Below, piece by piece: positions 8,445-16,495 of a stretch of 27,738 nt of DNA (the first letter of the stretch is position 1; each line of letters starts with the position of its first letter). Both the position numbers and the translations under genes were made by a program. The notes beneath the pieces are model-generated. The model saw only the letters and a list, made by a program, of their open reading frames with translations, had not been told where the DNA came from and did not search any database. The DNA is from a virus (lineage: Duplodnaviria; Caudoviricetes): the IMG/VR virus record IMGVR_UViG_3300045999_005382, positions 1-27,738 of that record. The stretch is one strand, 5' to 3'.

Positions 8445-9498
8445 CCAGCCAGCCAAAGCACCGGCAAGCGGTGTTGATGGCCGAACGATCAAGCGGGCCA
8501 AGGTGATCGAGGCAGGGAGCCTAAACGACTCTCGGCCAATCGTTGTTGATGCTGTCACGCTTCAGCAGGTCGCTGACATCGGCAACGGTGCAACCCGTGG
8601 AATCAAAGCACGCTGGACCCATCCGCACATGTCGAGCGATGGCCTCGGGACCACAGTTGCCAGGGCACGGAATTTCCGCGTCGAGGGGAACGCTGTCTAC
8701 GCTGATTTCACGATGTTATCGGCAAGTGATAACAGTCCGAAGGGACAACAGGGAGCGTACCTACTGGAGCTCGCCCAAGAGGATTCCGAGACGTTTGGAT
8801 TGTCGATTGTGGCTGACTTCTCTGATGAGATGCTAGCCGCTTTGGAATCCCTCAAGCCCGGCGAAAAAGCACCATTGCGGATCAAGGGGCTGAGGGCTGT
8901 TGATTTTGTCGATGAACCCGCCGCAACCCGTGGCGGTCTCTTTGATCTATACGACAAGCGAGACCTAGCACCTGTTGTTAGCTCGCTGATCGAGACTCAT
9001 TTTTCGGGTGTTCCGAAAAAGGAAGTGGTCGAAAGACTACTCGGTTTTCTGTCGCTTCACTACGGAGAAGACGTTATGGCTGATGCAGCGGTGGACGCTG
9101 TCGAGACTCAGCAGCAGGAACAGGCCGCACCTGTGGCACCTGCACCCGCTGCGATGAGCCTTGAGGCTGCGCAACCTTACATGGTTGCGTTTGGTGATCG
9201 AGGAGCCAAGTGGTTCCTCGAAGGCAAGACGATGCAGGAGTGCCTGTCGATCGTCAATGGCGAGATTGGCGAGGCTAACGCGAAGCTGCAATCCCAGGTG
9301 GACGAGCTGACCGCGAAGCTTGCAGCGATCGAGGGAAAGCTTGGCGAGGAGCAGCCACTGAGCGCTGCACCTGCTGGCAAGGAGTTGACCGCAGCTCAGA
9401 TCGAAGCAGCAGAGCGAAAGGCGAAGCTTGCAAAGGCTGGTGCTGATGACAAGGCGATTCGATGGGCTGGGGCGTTCGCTCCAAAGTCCGCTAACTGA
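8413..9498 (+). CDS. Prohead maturation protease fused to a C-terminal scaffold region
   Basis: AAGGAG RBS. Motifs RWTHP (His), FGLSI (Ser) and AVDFVDEPAAT. Ala/Glu/Lys-rich coiled-coil C-terminus. Lies between portal and capsid. Confidence 0.8.
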   Translation: MGNSRLTMFRSQPAKAPASGVDGRTIKRAKVIEAGSLNDSRPIVVDAVTLQQVADIGNGATRGIKARWTHPHMSSDGLGTTVARARNFRVEGNAVYADFTMLSASDNSPKGQQGAYLLELAQEDSETFGLSIVADFSDEMLAALESLKPGEKAPLRIKGLRAVDFVDEPAATRGGLFDLYDKRDLAPVVSSLIETHFSGVPKKEVVERLLGFLSLHYGEDVMADAAVDAVETQQQEQAAPVAPAPAAMSLEAAQPYMVAFGDRGAKWFLEGKTMQECLSIVNGEIGEANAKLQSQVDELTAKLAAIEGKLGEEQPLSAAPAGKELTAAQIEAAERKAKLAKAGADDKAIRWAGAFAPKSAN

Positions 9499-9534
9499 TT
9501 TTAACCAACGCAACCAAAACGGAGATTCTAAACT

Positions 9535-10464
9535 ATGGCTGATAGTTACCTGACGACCAGCGATGTAGCGCACTTCAACAAAACCGACATGGACATCCTT
9601 GTTAGCGATGTCCTTGACGATGCACCGTTCTTGAGCGTGCTCGCAGCACGAACCGTGCTTGGCAACACGTTCAAGTACAGCAAGATCACGGCTAATCCGT
9701 CTGTCGGATTTCGTGACGTCAACGATGGCGTCGAGAACACCAAGGGCACCTACACCAGCGTGACGCTGGATCTCAAGGTGCTCGATGCTTCGTTCGCCGT
9801 GGACATCGCAGCCGCTACCGCCGATGAGCGTGGCCTTGAGCACATGATGGGAATCGAGGCACTCGCCCACATGCGCCAGGCGATGGCCGAGGTGGAGCAG
9901 CAGATTTTCTATGGCACTGGCAACGATGCGAAGGGGTTTGTTGGCTTTGCCGGCCAGTCGAACCTGAATCAGCTTGCAGACGCCCAGGTGGTCGGTGCTG
10001 GTGGAACGACTTCTGCGACTGGCTCCTCGGTGTACCTGGTCCGCACGGGCGATTCTGATTGCCAGGTTCTCTGGGGTCAGCAGGGTGTTATCTCGATCGG
10101 TGAACGGCAGATCGTTGAGCGTGCCGGATCCGCTACTGGTCGCTTCCCAGCGTTCTACCACCCGATTATCGGTTGGTGTGGCCTGAAGGTTGGATCGATC
10201 TACAGCGTTGTCCGCATCGCCAACCTGACTGCCGACTCTGGCAAGGGACTGACCGACAGCCTGATCGCTCAGGCTTTGGAAAAGTTCCCTGCTTCGCGTG
10301 GTCCCAACTACATCGTCATGAACCGACGATCGCATCGTCAGTTGCAGTCCAGCAGGACCGCGACCAACCCGACTGGAGCACCTGCACCATTCCCCTCGGA
10401 ATCGTTCGGGGTGCCCATCGTGGTTACGGATCAGATCGGCAGCACCGAAACCCTGTTGACCTGA
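9535..10464 (+). CDS. Major capsid protein (HK97 fold)
   Basis: GGAG RBS. Motifs PSVGFRDVNDG, QQIFYG...KGFVG, SSVYLV and PNYIVMNRR...FGVPIVVTDQI. Strong codon bias and expected gene position. Confidence 0.9.
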   Translation: MADSYLTTSDVAHFNKTDMDILVSDVLDDAPFLSVLAARTVLGNTFKYSKITANPSVGFRDVNDGVENTKGTYTSVTLDLKVLDASFAVDIAAATADERGLEHMMGIEALAHMRQAMAEVEQQIFYGTGNDAKGFVGFAGQSNLNQLADAQVVGAGGTTSATGSSVYLVRTGDSDCQVLWGQQGVISIGERQIVERAGSATGRFPAFYHPIIGWCGLKVGSIYSVVRIANLTADSGKGLTDSLIAQALEKFPASRGPNYIVMNRRSHRQLQSSRTATNPTGAPAPFPSESFGVPIVVTDQIGSTETLLT

Positions 10465-10486
10465 TCCTAGTCCACTGAGGTAAGCA

Positions 10487-10846
10487 ATGCCAACAGCCCT
10501 GGAGTCCGCAGTCATCGCCGCACATAAGGCCGCACGCTCCATTCATGGAGTGTCGATCACCTATACGCGCGGTGCTTCATCTGTGACGATTTCCAGGGCT
10601 GTCCCTGGCCGGTCGGTGCATGATGTCACGCAGGATGGATCAGTCATTGAGCAAATTAAGAGCCGAGACTACATCCTGCTTGCATCGGAACTAAAGATCG
10701 GTGGTGTTGTGATAACTCCTCAGCGAGGCGATCAGATCACCGAAGGGACCAGGGTTTACAAGGTTCTTTCGGTAGGTGGTGAGGCCGCTTGGCGGTATCA
10801 GGATCAAACGATGCAGACTTTGAGGATCCACACAAAGGAAACCTAA
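10487..10846 (+). CDS. Head closure / head-tail joining protein (gpFII-like)
   Basis: GAGG RBS. Motifs GVSITYTRG, RDYILL, PQRGDQI, WRY and LRIHTK in a beta-barrel pattern. Directly after the capsid gene. Confidence 0.7.
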   Translation: MPTALESAVIAAHKAARSIHGVSITYTRGASSVTISRAVPGRSVHDVTQDGSVIEQIKSRDYILLASELKIGGVVITPQRGDQITEGTRVYKVLSVGGEAAWRYQDQTMQTLRIHTKET

Positions 10847-11277
10847 TGCCCTTGCCAGTGGATCTAGTTGACGCTGTTGTCTCGCTCATACAGGGCGGGA
10901 CGTACAGCCAGACAGTGACGACCGCCAAGAAGCTAGTCCCAATCTACGATCGGGATGCGCTCACTGGCTGGGATGTCACGGTACACAGTGCCGAACAATC
11001 CCGCGAACTACTGAGCCGTAGCAACCTTTGGACGAAGATTTACACCGTTGGTGTGGTCCTTCGTACTGATTGCAGCGGGACTGAAGCAGCGCAGGAGACT
11101 AAGACGGGACAATTTTTGACGCTCTGCCAGGAGCTAATGGACCGCCTAGCGGCCAATAACCTGGCTGGGTTATACGTTCATGAGATCGAGCAATTGGAGC
11201 CATTCGACCCGAACCGGGTGGCCGAAGATGGCGTCCTACAGACAACCATTTCCATCCGCTATAAGGGGACAATTTAA
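10846..11277 (+). CDS. Putative tail terminator / tail completion protein
   Basis: Start placed at the TAATG overlap (MPLPVDL...). 143 aa, directly upstream of the tail tube gene. Confidence 0.6.
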   Translation: MPLPVDLVDAVVSLIQGGTYSQTVTTAKKLVPIYDRDALTGWDVTVHSAEQSRELLSRSNLWTKIYTVGVVLRTDCSGTEAAQETKTGQFLTLCQELMDRLAANNLAGLYVHEIEQLEPFDPNRVAEDGVLQTTISIRYKGTI

Positions 11278-11720
11278 TGGCACACGTACTTAGCCAAAAC
11301 GCAAAGCTTTACCGCAACACCGGCACTTATGCCAGCCCGACGTGGGATCTCATCGGCAACGTCAAGGACTTGACCTTGAGCCTTGAGAAGGACGAAACCG
11401 ACGTCACGACCAGGGCGTCTGGTGGCTGGAAGGAATTCGTTGACGGGATGAAGGATGCTACCGTCGAATTCGGGATGCTCTGGGATACCGGCGACGCTGA
11501 CTTCGATGCCTTCCAGGGTGCCTTCATCAATAACACCGCTGTTGAGGTTCTTGTCCTTGATGGCCTGGTTGCAACGGCTGGCAGCGAGGGGCTGCGGGCC
11601 ACGATGATGGTCAAATCGTTTACTCGCAATGAGAACCTCGGCGAGGCGTTGATGGTGGACGTCTCCTTGCGACCAGTGAAGAACGCCAACTCCGCCCCTG
11701 TTTGGTATACTGCAACGTAG
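11277..11720 (+). CDS. Major tail tube protein (TP901-1 / phage tail tube-like)
   Basis: Motifs IGNVKDLTLSLEKDETDVTTRASGGWKEFVDGMKDATVEF and VKSFTRNE. TAATG coupling. Confidence 0.88.
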   Translation: MAHVLSQNAKLYRNTGTYASPTWDLIGNVKDLTLSLEKDETDVTTRASGGWKEFVDGMKDATVEFGMLWDTGDADFDAFQGAFINNTAVEVLVLDGLVATAGSEGLRATMMVKSFTRNENLGEALMVDVSLRPVKNANSAPVWYTAT

Positions 11721-11750
11721 TTTTTGCAGTCATCCTAACGAGGTTTCAAC

Positions 11751-12179
11751 ATGCGAGCGTTTAAGGATTCCACCGGCCATCAGTGGCAGATTAAGCTGAC
11801 GGTCGGTAACTTGCTGGCGATCAAGCAGAATCTAAAGATCGATCTACTAGACTCCCCTGAGCAGATGCCAACTGACATCCCGACTTTGATGGATGTCCTT
11901 TGGTTTATCTGCATGGATCAGGCCCAAGCATTGGGCATTGATTGCAGGACGTTTGGCGATCGCTTGGATGGTGATGCTTTAGCCGCTGGGATCGATGCTT
12001 TCATGGAGGAGTGGAGCGATTTTTTTTCGCGCCTGGCACCCGCAAAAAAGGAACTGCTGGCCGGTCTGTGGTCAAGCAGCAAGCGGGGCCAGGAGGTACA
12101 AGCGGAGCGAATCAAACAAGCGTTTGGCAAGCTCTCTATCGACTGGCTGGAATCGTCGGAATCGACCCCGCAGGATTGA
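11751..12179 (+). CDS. Tail assembly chaperone (gpG-like)
   Basis: GAGG RBS. Lies between tail tube and tape measure. Contains in-frame slippery heptamers T TTT TTT (12020-12026) and A AAA AAG (12044-12050). Confidence 0.8.
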   Translation: MRAFKDSTGHQWQIKLTVGNLLAIKQNLKIDLLDSPEQMPTDIPTLMDVLWFICMDQAQALGIDCRTFGDRLDGDALAAGIDAFMEEWSDFFSRLAPAKKELLAGLWSSSKRGQEVQAERIKQAFGKLSIDWLESSESTPQD

Positions 12180-12424
12180 CTGCCTGGCAGTTAATGGAGA
12201 TGGCGAGGGGAGCCCGTCCAGAGCTTTTTGCCGACGTCGGGAAAAAGGATGGCAAAGAGCGATGGCCGATCAACTCGCAGACTATTTCGATGCTCAAGCT
12301 GATGCTTCCAAAGGATAAACGCGATGTTAAAGCTGAAAGCAAAAACGCGGGGCTTTCAGCGGATTATCCAACAAGCCAACCGCAGGATATCGGCACTTCA
12401 GGACATCGACCGCCGAGCACTTGA
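12011..12424 (+). CDS. gpT-like frame, probably expressed as a -1 frameshift extension of the chaperone
   Basis: Frame is -1 relative to 11751. It encodes VWQALYRLAGIVGIDPAGLTAWQLMEM, which resembles gpT segments. The exact shift point is uncertain. Confidence 0.7.
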   Translation: MERFFFAPGTRKKGTAGRSVVKQQAGPGGTSGANQTSVWQALYRLAGIVGIDPAGLTAWQLMEMARGARPELFADVGKKDGKERWPINSQTISMLKLMLPKDKRDVKAESKNAGLSADYPTSQPQDIGTSGHRPPST

Positions 12425-12956
12425 AAGGTTTGGTGCGATCATTCGGCAGGATGCTAGGAAGCTTATCGGGAATCCAGTCAAGCCGCAGAAGCAGATTAGA
12501 ACTGAGGTAATCGACGGTAAGCCTGTTGCAGTCTATCAGAAGGGACGCAAGCCCAGGCCACCAGGCAAACCGCCGATGGCGAGATATGGCGATCGTGACT
12601 TCGGAATCCGAAAGATTGTTTATGAGGTAAACCTCGGCAAGCGCGATGTAAAGATCGGCTTTGCTGGATGGAGCCGAAAGCTAGGATCGAAATGGGGTGC
12701 TGAGCTCCATGAGTTTGGCGGTACGTTTACGGCTAAGGTACGCTACATTCCAGCATTGATAACACTGCAAAACATCAAGCGACGCAAGGGAAAAACGACG
12801 ATTGCTTATCAGGATCTAGCATTGATTTCTAGCAAGACTGGTAGACCGATGAACTTCAAAATGCCCAAGCGCCCAACGATGGCACCGGCACTGGCAAGAC
12901 ATCGAAACAAAATGACTAAGATCTGGGTTGACTACTACAAAGCGAGATTCGGCTAA
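12324..12956 (+). CDS. Basic neck / tail-completion protein (HK97 gp10-like)
   Basis: Very Lys/Arg-rich. Motifs PGKPP, VKIGF, LHEFGG and MPKRPTMAPAL. Confidence 0.7.
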   Translation: MLKLKAKTRGFQRIIQQANRRISALQDIDRRALERFGAIIRQDARKLIGNPVKPQKQIRTEVIDGKPVAVYQKGRKPRPPGKPPMARYGDRDFGIRKIVYEVNLGKRDVKIGFAGWSRKLGSKWGAELHEFGGTFTAKVRYIPALITLQNIKRRKGKTTIAYQDLALISSKTGRPMNFKMPKRPTMAPALARHRNKMTKIWVDYYKARFG

Positions 12957-14608
12957 TGGCACAATTTGCAGGCCGTGCATATGTTGAGATGGGAGTTGAA
13001 GGCCAGGCCGCTTTCCGCCGTGCCTTTGCATCGATGGAAGCCCAGATTAAGAAGTTCTCAGCCCAGGTACAGATGGTCGGGCGGGTTGGGTTCGGTGCGA
13101 TCGGCAACAGCCTAAACATGCTCAGCCGGATGATGCGGTCACTCATCGGCCAGGCAACCGCCCTTGGTGCTGCGTTCGGAATCTCCGTTGGGATTACCGA
13201 TGCCATCCGCAACGCAAGCACGCTGGAAGAGACGTTGAATAAGTTCAATGTGGTATTTGGCCAGAATGCTCGATCAATGCAAGCTTGGGGCGATCAGTTT
13301 GCCGCGACGATGGGGCGTAGCCGATCCGAGGTTCTCGGCTTCATGGCTGATGCTCAATCGCTAGTTATCCCGATGGGAGTTGATCCAGCAGCCGCTGCCG
13401 AGATGAGCCGCAATCTAACGCAGTTGTCCTACGATCTGGCGAGCTTCCACAATGCCGCAGACGTTGACGCTTTCGAGGCGTTGCGTTCTGCGATCGTTGG
13501 CGAGTCCGAGCCAATGAAACGCTTCGGGGTGATCGTCAATGAAACCGCGATGAAAGCGGAGCTGCTCAAGCAAGGACTAGACCCACGGACCGCCAACGAC
13601 GCACAAAAAGCGATGGCTCGCTACAACATCATCTTGGCCGGCACGGCTCAAGCACAGGGCGACGTTGACCGATCAAGCATGTCCTTTGCCAACCAACTCA
13701 AAGCGTTGCAGGCCGGATGGATTGAGGTCTCCACAGCGATCGGTACAGCATTCCTGCCGTATGCAACGATGTTGATCGATATGCTGAAGGACTTGCTAGT
13801 CAATCTCGATCTGAATGCCACTGGCGTTGACAACTCAGCCAGGGTTTTCAATCTGCTCGGTCAAACTCTTGCATACGTCAACACGCCACTGGACATTGCG
13901 ATCCGTGCATTCCACGGACTGCGGGCAGGGCTGTCCTTTATCATCGGGATGGCAGCCAGTGCAACGGATGTTTTCCTTGGTCTGTTCCGGGTGCTGGTCA
14001 ATAACCCGCTGACGCGCCGCACTTTCGGTGCCGATGTGGTCCAGAATATCGATAACATCGCGAAGGAAGTACAGGCGACGGTGCAGCGGATCCGCGACGA
14101 AAACCGCGACCAGATGCAAACGTCACTGAATGAACTGACCAACCCTGACAACCTTGGGCAAAAAGCACTCGATCAATTCCGCGATCAGATGAGCACGCTA
14201 CGCTCAGCATACGAAGCGGAATCCAAAGCACAAGCCGCCAACCTAGCAGACGCTACCGAGGCTCAGGACCTAACCGCCGAAGGTACCTCTAAGGCCGCCG
14301 ACAAGGTGCGGGCTACATTCGAGCAGTTTAGCGGGATCGATCTGATGAAGGCCGCAGCACCTGGAGCCGAAGCAGTTCGGGAAGGCGCCGAGGACGTCAG
14401 CGCCACAGCGAGAGACGCCACCCAGCAAGCCGTCCAGCTCGCTCAGCCGCAAGCACTGGAGGCGACAAGCACAGCGGCATTCGAGAAGTTCCGAGAGAAC
14501 GCGATGAACCAGCAATTGGTTCTTGAGCGACAGCAAGCAGCGTTCTTGCAGAAGATCGCTAAAGCACTCACCAACCCAGCCGCCGCCTTTGTGGAGTTCG
14601 CACTATGA
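12956..14608 (+). CDS. Tape measure protein (short, 550 aa)
   Basis: N-terminal GRAYVE. Ala-rich and helical. Motifs KFNVVFG, DLASFHN, GESEPMKRFGV and QGDVDRS...ANQLK. Confidence 0.9.
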   Translation: MAQFAGRAYVEMGVEGQAAFRRAFASMEAQIKKFSAQVQMVGRVGFGAIGNSLNMLSRMMRSLIGQATALGAAFGISVGITDAIRNASTLEETLNKFNVVFGQNARSMQAWGDQFAATMGRSRSEVLGFMADAQSLVIPMGVDPAAAAEMSRNLTQLSYDLASFHNAADVDAFEALRSAIVGESEPMKRFGVIVNETAMKAELLKQGLDPRTANDAQKAMARYNIILAGTAQAQGDVDRSSMSFANQLKALQAGWIEVSTAIGTAFLPYATMLIDMLKDLLVNLDLNATGVDNSARVFNLLGQTLAYVNTPLDIAIRAFHGLRAGLSFIIGMAASATDVFLGLFRVLVNNPLTRRTFGADVVQNIDNIAKEVQATVQRIRDENRDQMQTSLNELTNPDNLGQKALDQFRDQMSTLRSAYEAESKAQAANLADATEAQDLTAEGTSKAADKVRATFEQFSGIDLMKAAAPGAEAVREGAEDVSATARDATQQAVQLAQPQALEATSTAAFEKFRENAMNQQLVLERQQAAFLQKIAKALTNPAAAFVEFAL

Positions 14609-15513
14609 GCGCCGTGATTGGCAAGCGCGTCGGGATCAACAGCCAAGAGACGTTCGACCTAGACAAGCTGAGGGTAAACCTCCAGCATTCGGTAGTCTTT
14701 GTTGTCAGAATGACTGATGGCGTGGGGCTTGCTGGTAGTCCCGATGAAGATGCCCGGGAGAACGAAGTTGTTCTGGTCCCTGGGATCCCTGCCATCGGTG
14801 CCGCGTCGGACATCGCAGCTGGTGCGTACTGCATCTCCCGCACATGCACGGAGATTGGTCCGGCCACTTGGGAAGTGGAGTGTGTCTTTGACAACCAAAC
14901 CATCAAGGCCAACGAAAGCAACCAGGAACCGTGGGACATCACGCCTAGGTGGTCATGGTCCGCTGAGACGATCGAGGTTCCTTTGCTGTTCGATGCTCAG
15001 GATCCTACGCGACCATTCTACAATTCCGCTGGGGAGTCACTGCCGCCACTGACCACGCCTGAAACCATCCAGGTGCTGACCATCAGTAGAGCGGAGCTAT
15101 ACTTTGATTACACGCAAATTCCGAACTACATGAACCGAGTCAACTCGCAAGCGTTCTGGGGTGCTGCCGCTAACACGGTGCTGTGTGCTTCGATCAGTGC
15201 GACTCAGGAGCGTAAAGAGCAGGTCGCCTATTGGAATGTGGAGTACCAGTTCAAGTTCTGGTCAAACAACGGCGAGGGCTGGAAGATCAAATTGCTGGAC
15301 GAAGGAACCTACTATTGGTCGGGCGGATCTAAGGGGACTGGTGCTAAGGTTCCTTTCGGCGACGATGCTTTCCAGCAGACGACAGGGAACCTTAACGGCT
15401 CGGGAGGTAAAAATACTAGCCTGACAACTCCAGTGTTTATCTCGCCTAGCTTCAATCGCTACAAATCAGCCAACTTTAACGACCTGCAATTAGGTCCCTG
15501 GAGTTGGGCATGA
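14605..15513 (+). CDS. Putative distal tail / hub protein
   Basis: First gene after the tape measure, ATGA-coupled. Aromatic beta-rich (WEVECVF, NSAGE, VNSQAFWG, WNVEYQF, LLDEG). Confidence 0.6.
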   Translation: MSAVIGKRVGINSQETFDLDKLRVNLQHSVVFVVRMTDGVGLAGSPDEDARENEVVLVPGIPAIGAASDIAAGAYCISRTCTEIGPATWEVECVFDNQTIKANESNQEPWDITPRWSWSAETIEVPLLFDAQDPTRPFYNSAGESLPPLTTPETIQVLTISRAELYFDYTQIPNYMNRVNSQAFWGAAANTVLCASISATQERKEQVAYWNVEYQFKFWSNNGEGWKIKLLDEGTYYWSGGSKGTGAKVPFGDDAFQQTTGNLNGSGGKNTSLTTPVFISPSFNRYKSANFNDLQLGPWSWA

Positions 15514-16124
15514 CGCGACAGGTAGCAGTCCTAAGCCCTGAGCTAGCCAAAGCGGTTCAGAAGATGGTCCGCGAACAGGTTGGAGCGTACAGCACGCCAG
15601 GTGCTCGCAATGTGCCGGCCAATACTGGGGCAACCTGGTTAATGCAGGCTGAGGAGGATATACCCGCTGGTGATTATGGATCTGCTACACCGGTTGTCGC
15701 CTCAGGTGATGCCAGGGTAGCGACCAGGGACAAGACAACCGACGCCATATCAGGCCACACGCCCAACAGTACCAGCGTGATAACCGAGGTATTCAACCTC
15801 AGCGATCGGCTGATTAAGGATAACGACTTCTTCCTGGCCACCCGCACCCAGGACGGCACGCTGATTGTTGTCGATGTCTATGCTCGACCAGGTGCCGCGA
15901 TGATTGCCAAGGTGAACTCTGGCGGGATTACAGCGAGGAGCGGGACGACTGCCGGAAGCGGGACGGTGACAGCCTATAAACTGGTGGGCACTGGCTTGAC
16001 CAGCACCAGCACAACTCACACCGTTTACAATATCTCCGCTGCTTCGATTGCTGCGGACAAATGGATTCAATGCAAACGTGAATGGTACAGTGGTTATTGG
16101 TTCGTAGACTTTGAGGATTGCTAA
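15510..16124 (+). CDS. Putative tail-tip protein ending in Cys (...WFVDFEDC)
   Basis: GGAG RBS and ATGA overlap at 15510. Two internally similar beta modules (VFNLS...DGTLIVV and VYNIS...GYWFVD). Confidence 0.6.
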   Translation: MTRQVAVLSPELAKAVQKMVREQVGAYSTPGARNVPANTGATWLMQAEEDIPAGDYGSATPVVASGDARVATRDKTTDAISGHTPNSTSVITEVFNLSDRLIKDNDFFLATRTQDGTLIVVDVYARPGAAMIAKVNSGGITARSGTTAGSGTVTAYKLVGTGLTSTSTTHTVYNISAASIAADKWIQCKREWYSGYWFVDFEDC

Positions 16125-16126
16125 AC

Positions 16127-16495
16127 ATGGCAACAAAAATCGAGCGGGCTAGCGTGGTAATTGCGAACGGATCAACGACGAGTGCCGCGGTAGCCGTGCC
16201 ACTGGATAAGGTGCCTCTGGCTGTGGTCACACCCTCCGCGTTGACTGGGACTGGCCTAAAGTTCGAGGTGTCGGACGATGGCGGGACGACGTATAAGCCA
16301 GTCTACAAAGAGGGCACGGAGTACAGCGTAACGGTCTCAGCAACACAGGCTAGGCACGTTGCATTAGATCCCGCTGCATTTCGTGCAATCATTGGTGGAC
16401 CATCGACAACGCCCACCACGCTCAAGGTTGTCAGTGGATCAATCGAAGGTGCTAACCGTACTCTGCAAGTTGTCTTTGGAATCGATAATGGCTAA
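16127..16495 (+). CDS. Small beta-sandwich virion protein
   Basis: GAGGA RBS. Patterns IANGSTTSAAV, PSALTGT, FEVSDDGGTTY and LKVVSGS. Confidence 0.65.
   Translation: MATKIERASVVIANGSTTSAAVAVPLDKVPLAVVTPSALTGTGLKFEVSDDGGTTYKPVYKEGTEYSVTVSATQARHVALDPAAFRAIIGGPSTTPTTLKVVSGSIEGANRTLQVVFGIDNG

Noticed and set aside
9496-9535. Protease and capsid genes share a reading frame, suggesting stop read-through fusion
   Set aside because: Two further in-frame TAA codons follow the TGA within the spacer, and the capsid gene has its own GGAG RBS.
9037-10542. 501-aa antisense ORF across the scaffold and capsid genes
   Set aside because: It is in exact codon register with the sense genes, so it stays open simply because TTA, CTA and TCA codons are avoided in these highly expressed genes. 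No protein motif is evident.
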